A stretch of DNA of 64,000 bases from an uncultured Gammaproteobacteria bacterium (GCA_964573235.1 CAZNIV010000002.1:6102-70101); one strand, 5' to 3'. Positions 1-14,400 are shown, counted from the stretch's first letter. Numbers and translations: made by a program. Notes: generated by a model from the sequence alone, not told the origin.

Positions 1-1329
1 ACCAAAAGAATCTTTTTCTAGTAAATTAAGTTTTTCCATTATCTTGGCAGTGGCCAATTTAGGATCATCATTTAAACGACGAAAATCAATTAAGGTCATA
101 TTACCCAATTCTTCTACTGGACCAACTAATTTTTTAACAAATTTAACATCATCCAATTTAGGACGCCTCGCTTCAATATTAATTGGGGGAATAATAGTAT
201 TAGGCGAGAGGCGCGGAGCAGGATAGGGCGCTAAACTTTCGTATTTAATCACTGGCTGTGGTTTTACTGTAACTGACTGAGTCTCAATTACTGCTACCTT
301 TTTTTCTTCCGGCAAACTCTTTAATTCAGGCAATTCCACCTTCTTTTCTTCTTTTGGCATTTTAATCACCGGCAAGCCATTTTCATAGCCAATTTTTGGC
401 ACCGATTTTTCATCGATAGGTGAAATGTCTTTTTTAACTTTATCTTTACCAGTTAGTAAATCATTAATTTTGGATTGCAAGTCTAAAATCTTAGCCCCAG
501 CTGGTTTTTCAGCCACTGGCGCAATTTCTTTTGGTTCAATTAACTCCTTAGGCTCAGTCAACTCTTTTGGTTCCGTCAATGCCTTGAATTCTACCGTCGA
601 TTTCTTTTCAGCCAACATTTTTTCTTTTAAATCCATTGGCATTTTTGGCACAAACGGCAATGACTTTTCTGGCGCTAACAAAACCTTATTAACTACCGCC
701 TCTTTTTTCACAACAACAGCAGGGGGGCAAATACCATCCGAGCATTTTTTAATCAAAGTTAATAATTTATCCACTTGAGCATCATCAAACTCTAAACCGC
801 CAATTTTTTTAGCTTTTTGTAAGATATTTCTAGTTTCTAAATCATCACGAACACCCTTAATTGAAGCGATGATTGTATTTTCTAAGCGCTTTAAAACCAC
901 CAAATCATCAGTAAAATAACCAAAAGCTTTAATAATATCCTGCGCCAACTGCTGAAAGTGATTAGAGGATGGCATTTCGGATGCTATTTTTCTAAACTGA
1001 TCAATTTCATTTTCATCTTCCATCGAAACATTAAAATTAGCCTTATTTTTATCAACCTTAACCAATTGCTGATATCTTTTAAACAACGCTAAAAAATTAA
1101 ATAGCACATCATGATTAATCCCACCCGCTACGCCCACTTCATTCATTAAATAATTACCAATATTTTCCTCAGTCACATCACCAACTACTAATTTAACAAA
1201 AGCCATAGTTAAATCAACACCGTATTTTGTCTCTAATGCTTCAATCACGCCAAAAAAATCTGAACCAGATAATTTGTTTCTAATATCAAGCGGTAATTGA
1301 TTAAACTTTTGTAAACTGGTTAATTCCAT
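1..1329 (-). CDS. Hypothetical protein, 5' part (start ATG at 1329, runs off the left edge); Lys/Glu/Pro-rich with short KELTEPKE-like repeats in the C-terminal half
   Basis: Manual reverse-complement translation from 1329 gives MELTSLQKFNQLPLDIRNKL... with no stop before position 1. It is absent from the ORF track because it is open-ended. AT-rich host-like codons, first gene of the minus-strand cluster. Confidence 0.5.
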   Translation of the reverse strand, partial: MELTSLQKFNQLPLDIRNKLSGSDFFGVIEALETKYGVDLTMAFVKLVVGDVTEENIGNYLMNEVGVAGGINHDVLFNFLALFKRYQQLVKVDKNKANFNVSMEDENEIDQFRKIASEMPSSNHFQQLAQDIIKAFGYFTDDLVVLKRLENTIIASIKGVRDDLETRNILQKAKKIGGLEFDDAQVDKLLTLIKKCSDGICPPAVVVKKEAVVNKVLLAPEKSLPFVPKMPMDLKEKMLAEKKSTVEFKALTEPKELTEPKELIEPKEIAPVAEKPAGAKILDLQSKINDLLTGKDKVKKDISPIDEKSVPKIGYENGLPVIKMPKEEKKVELPELKSLPEEKKVAVIETQSVTVKPQPVIKYESLAPYPAPRLSPNTIIPPINIEARRPKLDDVKFVKKLVGPVEELGNMTLIDFRRLNDDPKLATAKIMEKLNLLEKDSFG

Positions 1330-1331
1330 AT

Positions 1332-2402
1332 TTATTTATTTTTTCTTTTTTGTTCGGCTAACGCCCTTAACTCTAATGGTGTGGCATTATCCAAAATAAT
1401 CTCTTCCGATTTATTTTTTTGATCGCTAGACTGGTCTGTGTTATCAATGATTTGATCCTCCACGGGAATAATCATCCATTGTTCAACTGGAATGCGATCA
1501 AATGCTTGGGGAAAAAATTTAATATTACGATAAACATTAAGCATTTTTTTAAGTTTCATTCTATCGGTTGAATCTAATCTCTTGGCGTTCTCTGAGCTGA
1601 TTAAATATTGAGTTAAAGCAATATTTTCAAAAAAACTAGAACCATTTTTTTCAATAAAATCTTGAATATAATTAGCCACAGTAGCTGAAACCATTTTACC
1701 TTTCAAATAAATTTGACCACTAGTTAGTAATTGCTGATTACTATAAAGCGCCGATTCTAAGCTATGCTTAAATTTTGGGTCTTCAATTAATAATTTTAAT
1801 AATACAAGATTATAATCCGTTAAAACTATAGCCATTGCTTCATCAGGAGTAAAAAATTGCACCAAACTTTCTTGAAATAATTTAGGTGCCCATTTTTTTT
1901 CTTCGGCATCATCACTCTCCACGTAAGTCAATTCGCTTTGAGCATCTTCCACTATATCTTCTGGGGTTGGTTCTTCTGCCTTTTTAGCCTCTTCCGCCTC
2001 GCGTTCACGCTCTGCTTCGGCTTCTTGGATAATCTGCTGTTGCCTTTCTACATATTCGCGATAATCAACTACATCACCACCATTATCGGCAATAAATTGA
2101 CTAACTCCACCGTTAAAATAGTTATCGAAGGTTAATAATCGCTTGCCAGCAATTTCTAAAGCTTTAGCCGTAGCCTCTTTGGGCTTAAGTTGCCAATTAT
2201 CTTGAAGATATTTTATCAAATCAGATACTTTTAAATCTTTAGCAAACAAATCAACACTAAGATCAGCAATTTTAGCATAACGATTTTCATCACTAATCAT
2301 AAAAACGGTTAATTCCCCATTTAAATCACCAAAAGATTCAGAAAAAATAACATCTTGAATGTTTAGTGGTAAATTTTTAATTTTAGGTATTAAATTACCC
2401 AT
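1332..2402 (-). CDS. Hypothetical protein with strongly acidic central stretch (EAEAEREREAEEAKKAEE)
   Basis: 356-aa ORF; only a 2-nt gap to the next gene, so it reads as an operon with the flanking minus-strand genes. Confidence 0.5.
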   Translation of the reverse strand: MGNLIPKIKNLPLNIQDVIFSESFGDLNGELTVFMISDENRYAKIADLSVDLFAKDLKVSDLIKYLQDNWQLKPKEATAKALEIAGKRLLTFDNYFNGGVSQFIADNGGDVVDYREYVERQQQIIQEAEAEREREAEEAKKAEEPTPEDIVEDAQSELTYVESDDAEEKKWAPKLFQESLVQFFTPDEAMAIVLTDYNLVLLKLLIEDPKFKHSLESALYSNQQLLTSGQIYLKGKMVSATVANYIQDFIEKNGSSFFENIALTQYLISSENAKRLDSTDRMKLKKMLNVYRNIKFFPQAFDRIPVEQWMIIPVEDQIIDNTDQSSDQKNKSEEIILDNATPLELRALAEQKRKNK

Positions 2403-2425
2403 AACTTACTTTAGAAAAACTTAAT

Positions 2426-5400
2426 TTAACTTATATAACTCTGCTTTCTTAGAGCATTTAAAATATCATCAGAACTCGTATCTCCGGCCGCAGCCCTAGC
2501 CTTTAATGCTTGCAAAAGAATATTAAATTTTTCTTCATTTCCGGTTTTAGCTAAACCATTAACCTGATTTGCTTTTAATGCATCAAGTAATTCAGGCGAT
2601 TGCAATGCGAGATCATCAAGATGTTCTAATGTAGCACCATTAATTGATTTATAAAATTCTTCCCTTCTACCTGGATTAGAAAAAATATTATTTACATTAA
2701 CACCCAAAGATACGCCACGGGCTGCCCAATCATTATCCTTTTTCTTACCATTAGCATCCGTTCTGTCGAGCGCATTCAATTTAATATAAGATTCAAAAGC
2801 TTTAATTGCCTTGGCCGTATGTTTATTAGATTCCTTAATGGTATCAAAAAATCTCTTATTATCAGCATCCGAAGCGTTATCCTTCATAGCTTTAATCATA
2901 TTCTCAGTAATGGAATTTTCATCCATTTTATTAAATTCAAATTTACCACTTCTGATTCCCTTATAAAAATCCAAACGACCGGCAATAGTGGTAAGATCAT
3001 TGGCCCAATCAGGGCGATTTTTATTCATTTCGTCATCAAACTTATCAACAGTAATATCATTACTAATTGAATCTCTAGCGCGCTCCATTGAAGCTTTGCT
3101 ATTAAAGCCATTTTTAATGGCTAATTGCAGAGCAATAGCTTGTCTCTTGGTGGCATCTTTTTCCATGTCAAATAAATTTTGAAGCATCTCCTTATTCAAG
3201 CCTTTAAGCTCTTTCATGGCATCACTAATATTCTTATCCTCCGCTTCTTCGGTAATGTTTTTAGTTTTATTTGTTGATGCTTGATAAGCGCTAACAAATC
3301 GTTTGCCCGCTCCACCTATGGTAGTAATTTCATTGCCAAGCAATGTGCCTTTGGCAATTTCCGACTTAAACTTATCATCCACTCCCGGATCCGCAACTCC
3401 TTTAACTTTGTCTCCTCTTTCGTTTATTAAGGTTCCATCATTAGTTAATATTAATCCCGGATCTCCAGCATCATTCTTTAACTGCAACACGCCTCTTTCA
3501 TCAATCTGCTTATACTGTTGATCTTTTTTGCCACGAGCAAAACGATTACCTTTTTCATCGGTATATTCATTATAACGCTGTACTACCTTACCATCCTTTT
3601 GATAAACCTTACCATCATCATCAATAAAGGCTCTGGCACTATCATTCCATTTATATGCACTTCTTACTGCTGCCGCATCAATTGGCCCACTACCATCTTC
3701 CTTCATGGCAATAGCCTGACCATTTTTATCAACCATTCCACCACGATCACCAGCCTCAACCGTAATATTACGCTTTAACTTATCTTCTTCTGGAATTTCA
3801 CCGGCAGCGTTAGCTTCCATTGACTGACCATTTTTATCTAACATATACTTTTTTCCGCCGGCATCAGCAAAAACATACCCACCCAGTTTTTCATTATAAG
3901 TGTGCTCCTTATCCTTTCCAGGTCCACCAGCATTAGCTTTAATACTCTCTTGTCTGGTTTGCGTTCCCTCATTAGAAGCGGCCAATAACCTTTCATCTTG
4001 CGCTCGCTTACTCTTTAATCTTTCGCCAAGCTTTAATTTATCAAGACCCAATCTAGTAAATGGATTTCCAAACGCACCAACAAGAAGACCGGCAGTCGTA
4101 CCCAGTCCAGGAATTACCGAGCCAGCCGCCGCACCTAGGGCAGCGCCCTTAGCCATGCTTTTAGCGGCACCAAAAGTTCCACTGATATGTCCACCAGCCA
4201 TTTTATCTATTCCAACGCCCACACCTTTAGTAACACCCCAAGTAGATGAAGCTACGCCCTTAGCCCTATCCAAATATTTCTTACGTTGATTATCTACAAA
4301 CTCCCTACCCTTATTCAGTACTGATTTAGCCACGCCAGCCCCGGCCGCACCCAAATCTTGACCCATCTTTAAGCTCATAATAAGCATACCAATAACAACC
4401 ATAGAACTAAGAATCCCTTCGGGAGAAGCTAGTTTTGACAATGCCACATTGGTTGTTGCTGTTCCTGTACTACCTATGGCCTCCGCATCTCCTTCGGCCC
4501 CATTTTTTAACTTATCGCCCTTAGAACACATTATTGAAGAAGTATTTTCGGTCTTTGCACAAAAAGCAGGTTTTTGCTCTTCCGTAGTGGCATTATATTG
4601 TGCCATGCCACTTAAGGTGGCAAAAGATAAATACACAAAAAACATCATTATCGGACCAGTGATTAAATTGGCTCTTAATTTGCTAGACCAATCTTTAGAA
4701 ATAGTGCTTAATTGCGGAATCATTTGACTCAAAAAATACAGCGGAGAGAGAATAACCAAAAACCATAATGTTATTAATCTGGCCAACAGCATAATAGCAA
4801 TAACACCAATAACCACAAAAGAAACTGTGCCCACCAATAATCCAACAATCAAAGCGACCACCATTCCCCAACCACCGGCGACAAAATCTTTAGTCAAACT
4901 AAGACTATTAGATAACCCCAAAGCCATCAATAATATATTTTGCCCTGATGTTTGCGCCAAAGGAGCAGCAAAGGTAAGCAATAATATTTGCGAGAAATCA
5001 ATCGCTATGCCCGTGATCATTTTAGAAAAATTAACCAAAATAGCCGTCATAATTACTTTTGGCAAAATGCTCTTGTAGTGATAAGCTTTTTGATCTAAAA
5101 CAGTACTCAAAGCCATTAGCAACATAACAATGATAAAAGCATTGTTACATAAATCCCTCACAATTACCCAACCACTTTCTACTACAGGAACATTAAGAAA
5201 ATTATTATAGGTGGCGATCCAGAGCATAACTTTTACCATTATGCCCACCATAAAACCGGCAAAATAAACAAATGGATAAATCAACCAAGAAACAATCATG
5301 GCTAACTTTGAACTACTATCCGTTGAAGCCGCGTCTTCGGCGCCAACCTCTCGACCCCAAAAAGCAATTACCACCATCAAAGACACTGCTAAAAATGTAG

Positions 5401-5443
5401 CTAATGCTTTTTTCTTATTTAACCGGTCAAATATCTTTATCAT
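2426..5443 (-). CDS. Polytopic membrane protein: N-terminal multi-TM domain resembling VirB6/TrbL-type proteins, followed by a ~650-aa hydrophilic, Lys/Asp/Gly-rich repetitive extension
   Basis: 1005-aa ORF with at least 7 hydrophobic helices in the first ~330 aa, then low-complexity charged sequence (KDGK, NDAGD, GDKVKG-like repeats). Confidence 0.5.
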   Translation of the reverse strand: MIKIFDRLNKKKALATFLAVSLMVVIAFWGREVGAEDAASTDSSSKLAMIVSWLIYPFVYFAGFMVGIMVKVMLWIATYNNFLNVPVVESGWVIVRDLCNNAFIIVMLLMALSTVLDQKAYHYKSILPKVIMTAILVNFSKMITGIAIDFSQILLLTFAAPLAQTSGQNILLMALGLSNSLSLTKDFVAGGWGMVVALIVGLLVGTVSFVVIGVIAIMLLARLITLWFLVILSPLYFLSQMIPQLSTISKDWSSKLRANLITGPIMMFFVYLSFATLSGMAQYNATTEEQKPAFCAKTENTSSIMCSKGDKLKNGAEGDAEAIGSTGTATTNVALSKLASPEGILSSMVVIGMLIMSLKMGQDLGAAGAGVAKSVLNKGREFVDNQRKKYLDRAKGVASSTWGVTKGVGVGIDKMAGGHISGTFGAAKSMAKGAALGAAAGSVIPGLGTTAGLLVGAFGNPFTRLGLDKLKLGERLKSKRAQDERLLAASNEGTQTRQESIKANAGGPGKDKEHTYNEKLGGYVFADAGGKKYMLDKNGQSMEANAAGEIPEEDKLKRNITVEAGDRGGMVDKNGQAIAMKEDGSGPIDAAAVRSAYKWNDSARAFIDDDGKVYQKDGKVVQRYNEYTDEKGNRFARGKKDQQYKQIDERGVLQLKNDAGDPGLILTNDGTLINERGDKVKGVADPGVDDKFKSEIAKGTLLGNEITTIGGAGKRFVSAYQASTNKTKNITEEAEDKNISDAMKELKGLNKEMLQNLFDMEKDATKRQAIALQLAIKNGFNSKASMERARDSISNDITVDKFDDEMNKNRPDWANDLTTIAGRLDFYKGIRSGKFEFNKMDENSITENMIKAMKDNASDADNKRFFDTIKESNKHTAKAIKAFESYIKLNALDRTDANGKKKDNDWAARGVSLGVNVNNIFSNPGRREEFYKSINGATLEHLDDLALQSPELLDALKANQVNGLAKTGNEEKFNILLQALKARAAAGDTSSDDILNALRKQSYIS

Positions 5444-5460
5444 TTTAACTTGATTAGGTT

Positions 5461-8400
5461 TTATTGTTTGATAACATAAACACCCTTAGTCTGCTCTGCC
5501 GTTCTTTCCCAATTATCAGTTACGGATATATTAATTTTAACACAACACCACGACTCATTACTAGAGATAGGTTTAATTGTTTTATTGCCACAAATAGATT
5601 CCGCTAAAGCATCTTGGCCATCACCACTACAAATAATATTATTTGCTGTTGAAGCTTCTTTAGAGTTTTCTGCCTTAATCTTCCAATAATCATAAGCATG
5701 ATACATTAAATAAGGCGCATCAGGATTAGCTCGATTATCTTTCATAGAAACATTAGAAACAGAGCTGGAATTGCTGTCACCCCAATTAATATTATAATTT
5801 TGAATTGGCAACTGATTAGAGTCAACCGAAACAGTAAAGCCTAATTTAACCGCTTGCTTTTCATAAGCCCAATTTTTATTTGAACCATCTAGAGTAATAT
5901 TAGTAGAAGTAACCACAGGGTCAATATAGCAGTAACTAGAATCATTAGCTCTCACATTTCCCACACAATTAAGGGTAGGTAAATCCCAAACAAATTTATT
6001 TAATGAATCTGTGCTCTCGCCATAGTGATACCAAGACCCTGCTACGTTAGAACAAGAATTGCCCTTATAATCACATGCGGTTGAAATTGTTCTAGAGCAA
6101 TGACCACTAATTATAATACTACTATCACAATCATTACTGTCTGAGCATGGTAATCCTGAATCAAAAATAGTACCACTTGGATCTGTTTTATAGCGACAAT
6201 TTTTATCTACCGTTTTTACTTCAGCGTATTCTAATAAACAAAAATTATTTTTTTCTATATCCGTACTCCCTAAACATTCACGGCCATCAAACTTACCACC
6301 ATCACAAACACCATTATCGCATTTAACATTACTATCACAAGAAACTAAACTATTTAATACAGACGAAGGTGTTGTGGTGCATCCAATTCCATCATTAGGA
6401 CCACCAACACATACATAATTTTTAACCGGATTATATGGGTCCTCCATACAAATACCATCCCTAATATCAATAAATGCGCCATAGCAATCCTTATTAGCCT
6501 CTGCCTGACTCAATCCGAAGCACTCACTAGAAGTACCATAAAATAAACTTGAGAAATCAGTGAAATCAGCACAAATACCCTTACCCGTTGTCGTCTTCCA
6601 ATTTTCGCAACTATTCGATACTGAATTAACACTTAAACAAGTAGTTGAAGCGAATGCGGTTGATGAACTAAACCCATCATTAAACCCGCCCACGCAAGTC
6701 CATTTTGTTATTTTGTTAGTAACTATTGGCCAAGTACATGAGTCACGAGTTGCGGTTTTATCAGAACCCTCATCTTTAACACACATATTTTCTCGATCAA
6801 TTTTTTTATACTCCCATTCACCATAACTTCTAGCAAATATACTCTTTAATAATTCTCTTGATTCACCAATAGAGTTAGTAGTCGCTACGATTTTACAAGT
6901 TGTTCCATTATCAAGACAAGTATCTGGACTAAGCGCTGCAAAAGGATAACACTCTTCACCAGTAGGGCAACCCAAATCACCAAGACCAATTGAAGATCTA
7001 GGTATAGTATTGGTAGAATTTCCTAATTGTAATTGAACACCGCTAAGAATAATAGAATTAACCACACCATATGCTAAACAATTTGTATGAGAAATACTAC
7101 ATAAACCAAAACGCTTACAATTATCCCCATCGCAACCAAAGGTAACACCCTTGCCCATTCCCATAGTATAAGGCTTCCCTCCATCCCACATATAAGGATC
7201 ATAGTCTGACTGTGGCGTAACCAATGAACCAAAGGGATATTTACCTGAGTTAATAGTTATGGGCACTAAGTCATTTCGCAATAAACGCACATTTAATACC
7301 CCACCTGGGTTAGTCAACCAAAAATTATCACCAGCGGAAAGCCTACTATACCAAGCCTTGCTATTGCCCGCATCGTCAACCACTTGCTCTACATACTTAC
7401 AGTAACCAACATTATTAGAACTAACCGCCTTATTATAATCCATTATCGTACCACCATCAACATCTTTCAGATAAACCTGAACACCTTTTTCTTTTTCATC
7501 AAAATAGGAATTATCATTCTTTTTAATTTGTTGCAAATCACCATTATACTCATACCATCCACTAGTATTTGCATCAGTATAAATCGAATCTCTCTTCACT
7601 AAATCTGCCAATACCGGCTTACAATAATCCCATGTTTTAACGCTACCATTTTTAAATAAACCGGCTTTTTTTATTTCATCATCATGATGATAAAAATAAC
7701 CAAATGGACATTCACCACAGCCAGAACCACGACACTGTTGTCTTAGCGTGCCACTTGGATTATAATTTTTATCTTCAATTTCAAAATTATTTATAGGTGA
7801 TCCCAAAACGGCATCCAATAAGTTTCCAGTTAACGCCGTAACCTTAGGAAAGGTATAGCTAGGATGCCAAAAGAAAACAGTATTAACGCCAGCATAAATA
7901 AGACCAGGAGGGCCAAGCCACTTATACCAAGCGGCGCTATTCCAAGCCGATTTTATTGTTTTACTGGTATAATTAAACAAAACCACTTCGCGATGCTCCA
8001 CCAAATGCATATCACCCTCAAGAGCGGCACAATAATAAAGTGGGAAACTCTTAGAGAAATAATAAGGTTCGCCATCACCCTTAATTTTATCAACTGGCCA
8101 CCACTGCAAACAAATCTGTGGGTTATTAGGATCGGAAACCATACAAAAACCTTGCCAGCCATTATACATGTCACCATTTTTAACATAATTACAAGCCTGG
8201 GAATCACCTTCGGGATATAAACGACAACTACGAGAAATATAAATATTGCTATTATTTACATCCTTTCCGGCCTCTAAAATTGGCTTTAAACTAATTAGGT
8301 CAAACAAAGAATAACCACTAACATCACATTGTCCATCAAGATTGGAATCCAAGCACCCAGTTGTTACCGTAGTACTAGCCTGCTGAATTGTCATACACTT

Positions 8401-11400
8401 AGTATTTTGACCAGAGCCAACGGTAGCAAAACAATTTTGCACACTTACATATAAAGCGCCACCATTTTGATAAACCTCAGGTGGTAATGGCTTACTAATT
8501 CGTTGCCAAGGCAAACCAGCAGAAACGGTATCAATGACACGACCATTAACCGAAATCAAAACTTTAGCCTGAGGTGACGGATAAAGGTAGCTAGTATTAA
8601 TCCAGGCGGAGAAAGAATATGCATTATCGCCATCAACACTTATAGGATTAGAACGAACAGTTCCATCAGCATTAACTTTTAAATAACCAATTCCTTCTTT
8701 TCTATCTGTTTTACTAGTTGCAACCGAAAATTTATCTATTGTCCAGGCAGTATCAACTCCTGGTTTCCAACCAATTGGTTTTGGCTGATCGGCATTATAA
8801 ATATATTCAAAATCAGAGTTAGCAATGTTAGCATCCTCACCAACTTGCGACATTAAATGATAAGGATAATAACCCAATACCGTAGAACTACTCTTGCCGG
8901 ATGCATTAGGTATTTGTTTCCCTAACATTGAGTAACCAGTCTTGTTAATATCTAACCCTTTATCATAAACCGAAATTTTATTCTGATTATTAACAAACAA
9001 AGAACAATTACCCATACCATCTAAGGCGGAACATAACGCTAGACCTAAGCACTGGTCACTAGATCCAAGCACCGGATTAGGATCGTTAACATTTCCTTTC
9101 TCAAAGGTATTACAATATAACCAAGAAGCACACTGTCTATCTGGTTGAACTTTAATCACGGCATTAGCGCTAACATTAGACTTTAAGCCACTACTATCGT
9201 CATTCGCCTTATTAACAGCTATTGCCTGACTAGTGCCTACATTCTTATTTTCAATATAGTCCGCATCATAAATCAAATAAGAGCGATCTCTAGTACTAGG
9301 GTTATCGGCATAATTAACAGCACCGCGATCATTTAATAAAACACACCCCTTACGATAATCCACCATACCCTGACAACTAGCTCTACTATCAGTCATCTGA
9401 TCTGATAAATTATAATAAACTCCTGATTCTGTTAATTTTACATCAGTAACACTACCACTGGCGCCAACTAATAGGGTGCAATTTTTAGTGTCCCTTGCAT
9501 ACAAGCGACCACTGACCGAAGATGATGCTATTAAATTATAATTCAAAGATGCTGAACTGCCATCACTAGAAATAACCATGGAACCATCTGGCGACCGCAT
9601 TGAACCTTCACTACACTTAACATCAATGGCCACTTGACCATCTGCTAACATTGATAAGGAGTATAACCTATCATCTATCAAGTTAACATCCTGACTTACT
9701 ATTCCAGTCACAAAAGAATGAGTGACCTCTTTTTTATAATTAAACCCAATACTATTAATCTCCCAACCGTCTGGACGATTTATATCTCCTAAGTTTTGAC
9801 TAAAATCACCATTATATAATAAGCTGGCATAATTATTAGTTAATGGATCAATGAATTCCGTACAAGAGCTTTGTGAACTAGGGCAAACACCAGCCCATTT
9901 CATATTCTGATCTGGTTGTAACTTTTCAGAAACCACACCCAAACCAATAGTTTGATAAGGCGAAGTATCACACAAACCATCTTCGCCCATTCTGTACCAA
10001 GCCGGAGTCGAACTAGTCGTTAAAGATTTAAACTCACATACTTGCTGGCGAGGATCTTTAAAATAATTATAAGTATTATTAGTTGCGTATTCACCACACC
10101 ATAAATTTTCCGCTCGACATAAAGATCTAGAATATGTTTGCGGATCATTCTTAATATAGACCGTACTATAACCCATTACCTCGTTGCGATTATTAATAAC
10201 TGGCTGACCATAGGCCGAGCAACCCTTGTTCTCTGCTAAACAACTAAACTTTTTATCATTTACAATAAACGCTAAATTATCTTTTACCACTGAAACCGAA
10301 TCGGCTGTGGCCACAGTTCCGCCAAAACTTTCAGAAGAAGTAGCATTAGAATTATGGGTATCAATCATCGCTTCACAACCAACCGCCTCAGCGCGACATA
10401 GACTAGTAAATGATCTCAAATAAATAGGGTCAACATTATCAGTTTTATTATTATATGCTTGGCAACCTAACATTTCACCGGGATTGCAACGACCATTAGC
10501 GCAAGCCGTGCCAGTTGGATCGTCTAATTTATTATCACAACTATTGGGAGTGAACCAAGAATTTTCAATAACATAAACATTACCCTTCACCTCTTTGAGG
10601 GTTATATTGTCTATATACAAGTCATTGCCAATACTATTAGTAGCTCCTGGATTAATTGTTAAATCCTGCCAACCATCATCAGCAAAAGTAACAAAAACTG
10701 GACCCAAATCATAGCGTTGCCATTCATTGCCAATATGCACTTTAGGCACATTCAACGAAATGTTTTGCAACTGACTCTTAGCAAAATAATCACTCTGCTC
10801 TGAAGCGCTACTAAATTTAATACTCTCTAAGTCAAATCCAGCGCTACTGGCATGATCATTGTCGCCACCCGGATACCCCTTAGCCCAAAAACTTAAAGTA
10901 TAGGTATGATTTCTTTTAACATAAACCTGCTTAGAGGTAGTGGCCTTAGTGAACCAAGAAAAACCACCCACGGCAGTAGAAACAATACTTAAATTACTAT
11001 TACTACCACTCCAATTACTATAGCTATTATCAAAATTATCATTAACTAAGAAATTAATATCATTACTCAAATTGCCCGTATATTCTCGGCAACCCACAAA
11101 AGAAGCTGAGCAAGATTGCCCCATTTTTGGAACCGCCATATACACGCACTCCTTTTCATCACTCCAAAAACCATTATTACTAACACAATCACATTGCGTA
11201 ACAGAAACATTTTCATTATTCAACTCTGCGCATTGCGTAGTTAGACTTGGGTCTTGAGTTAGCGTACGACGATATGGATGACAATCATCCGTAACATAAA
11301 TAACCTTAGACAATAAGCGATAATAAACATCGCCATTGGAATCATAAAATTCTCGACAATCGGCATTAGGCGCAATATCAACACCATTAGCGTTATACCC

Positions 11401-14400
11401 ATGGGTTTCTAATTTTAAACAAATACCATATTCATGAAGCTTATCGGCCACAGACTGAGAAACAGCTCCGGTAGGAATCTGAGTGGCATCGGTGGTAGAG
11501 GAAATGTACGCTAGATAGGAAACTAAATTGTGATTTGTAATTGGCGCTAAATCAACCGCAGTCTGAATTAACTCGTCAGTAATATTAGACGCATCGCCAC
11601 ATTGGGCATCTTTATCGCTAGCACCATTATACTGCATTTTAGTACAAGGAGATCCAGACTCTACTCCAGTACTATTAGACTGTTTTAATTTAAAAGTAAC
11701 CAACTGATAACCTGTAGTTTCTGCGCCCTCCCAAGTATAATAAGTCTTAGCATCACTTGGCCCAATCGGTGCATTCTTTTGGCAAATACGCAAATTTGTA
11801 TAATATTCTTTAGATTCACCGCCAGCAACTAATTCATCAAGATTAGTAAATTCATCGCAACCAGCGTAGCTAGCAGAACAATATTTAGCTTTATTGTTAG
11901 CAATAAATTGAGTATAACGAGGGGATGAAAAAGCTGTTTGGCTTTGACGATAAACCTGATAACCATCACACTCCGAAGGACAAGAATCTATAGGCTTAAC
12001 TACTCCCGGAACTTCTGGATCACCATTTTTTGGTTCATAAAGCTTACAACCAACTTCACTTGGAATACAAACACCAGCATAATTCGAGCATTCGCTATTG
12101 CGCTTAATTAAGACATCATCCAACTCACCTTGAGTAGCCGGCCAAGAACCATTTGCACTGGCACTATAACAATTATAATACCAAGGCGCTTTTTTAAGAT
12201 AAGCTATGTCATTAGCCACAATAGTGGAAGGATCATAATCCTGATTAGTGATTGCTAATTTATACCCATCAGTGGTGGTGGTGACTAAACCACTCTGATG
12301 ACCATCGCCAACTCTAATAAACTGACTACAACCAGCCTGATTACTAGCACAAGTTTGAGCATCGCGATCAAAAAATTTGGTATTAGAAGTACTAGTAGTT
12401 ACTCCCAAATTTAAATAAATCTCATAACCACGACTAGTCCATTCCGCTATTTTAGAAGAAGTGGCGACCTTACAAGCAGAACCATTGTAGGGTATTCGAC
12501 ATTCTACTGTACCAATATTACAATCACCCTGCTGATCACATATTTTATTTAATGAATACCCTTGACTAGCCCCAAAATTAGAAGCATTCCATCGATCAAC
12601 ATTCACCTGGACCGAGGCCGTACAACCGCCAGAAATATTACACTTATTCAAAATATTATTAGTATCCGTATTCATCCAAGTAGCCACGCCCGACAAAATG
12701 CCTGTAGTAGTTGCTATGTTGTTATAATAATCACTATACCACTTACAACCAACATTATCAGCTGAACAATTTTGATAATCAAGGGTATTTTTCAAATAAG
12801 AAACGGCCACATCGCTACCTATCTGATAAGTTTGACAGGTATTATAAACTGGCTCGCACTTTGGCGCATCAAACTTCCAAACGCGCTTTTCGTTAGTACA
12901 ATAACCATAGGCTTGGCAACTACCATTAATATCTTCTTTAATACACTGTTGCTCATCACCACAATAATTATCACGACTAACGTTACCGCCCTGACTATTA
13001 GACATATCTGGGCCAAAGCCCTCACGACGACAAAATAGCTCTGGCGCCTTTAAGACCCAATACTGATCAATTAAACCAGAAAATTCCGATCCATCCTCAA
13101 ATTTATTTAATAAGTCACCCAAGGTATATGATTTACCAGTACCACCTTGTTCTACAATATATCTAGCCGCAATCTCCCAACCCACTGGAACAATGCGATA
13201 TTTACGAAGAATAATAATATTACGAAGAGTGAAAGCGGTTTGCGGATTAGTAACCTGATTAACATTTGGGGCAAAAATACGATTCTTAATAGAGTCAGGC
13301 AAATCGAAAAGTTGTTTTTTATCTCTAATCGCCTGAGCAAATTCCTGATCAATCACACAACCATCATAAGATGGGCGAGCTGGATCTATACAGCTTGCTA
13401 AGCGATTTAATAAATCATAAGGACCACCAACAGTAAAGGCTCCTTGTTTTAAATTTTGAAATTTAACTTCTGCATCGGCCTGACCACTAACGGCAGGCGC
13501 AGACTGAGAATTATATAATGGATTAGCGCTATAATTATAACTACGACCATAATCGGCATTTTTACTAAAAAAACCAGAAATTAAAGTCTTCACTAATTCT
13601 GATGTCAAAGTGTTTAAAAATGTTTCCACAAAATCAGCTGCCGTTCCACCAAGATACTGTGGTAAGGTCTGAGCCTTATCTATGCTCTGGCCCCACTGCT
13701 CTTTAATAAAACTTCCAGGGGTTAAGATGTTTTTAGCAACATCAGTAATACTCTTCCATCTACCATCCGTTATTGCGGTTAAAAAAACTTTCTTTTCCGC
13801 CGCCACCTGCCTATCGGCTACGCTGGTTTGAACAGTTAAGATAGAACCGATATCATTTTGATTTGGCTGAAAATATTCATAATAGCCCAAAGAAAAATTA
13901 GCATTATTAATGGCCGTGTCCCAATTTTTAATTGCCGTCGATAAAGAACATCTTGGTTTAGGTGGTTCTTTTACACCCAATATTGGCAAAAGATTCAACT
14001 TAATATTAAAATCTGGTTGACAAATATTAAAACCAGCGGCGCTCATAAATTTATCTACCATTTCACCCAAGGCATTATCAACAGCGTCTTGCATAATTTT
14101 ACTAGCATCTCTAGTATCATATTGTGCCTGCTGACCCTTACCACCAGATGCTACCCACTTGGCTGATTCATAAGCAATGGTTTTGGTTAACATGGATAAA
14201 CCAGACTTAAAAGCGCTCGCTATAGCATTTTTCCAAGCTTCATCTCTTGCTTTTTTTTGCAACTCCTTAGCCCAAACATTCAACTGCTCTTCATTAACCT
14301 CACCAGAGGAGTACATACTATTAGCCTTTAAACACTCCGCCTGAACGTCTAAATTGACCGAGTCCTTAACTACATTATACTTAGTAAGATTAATTAATCC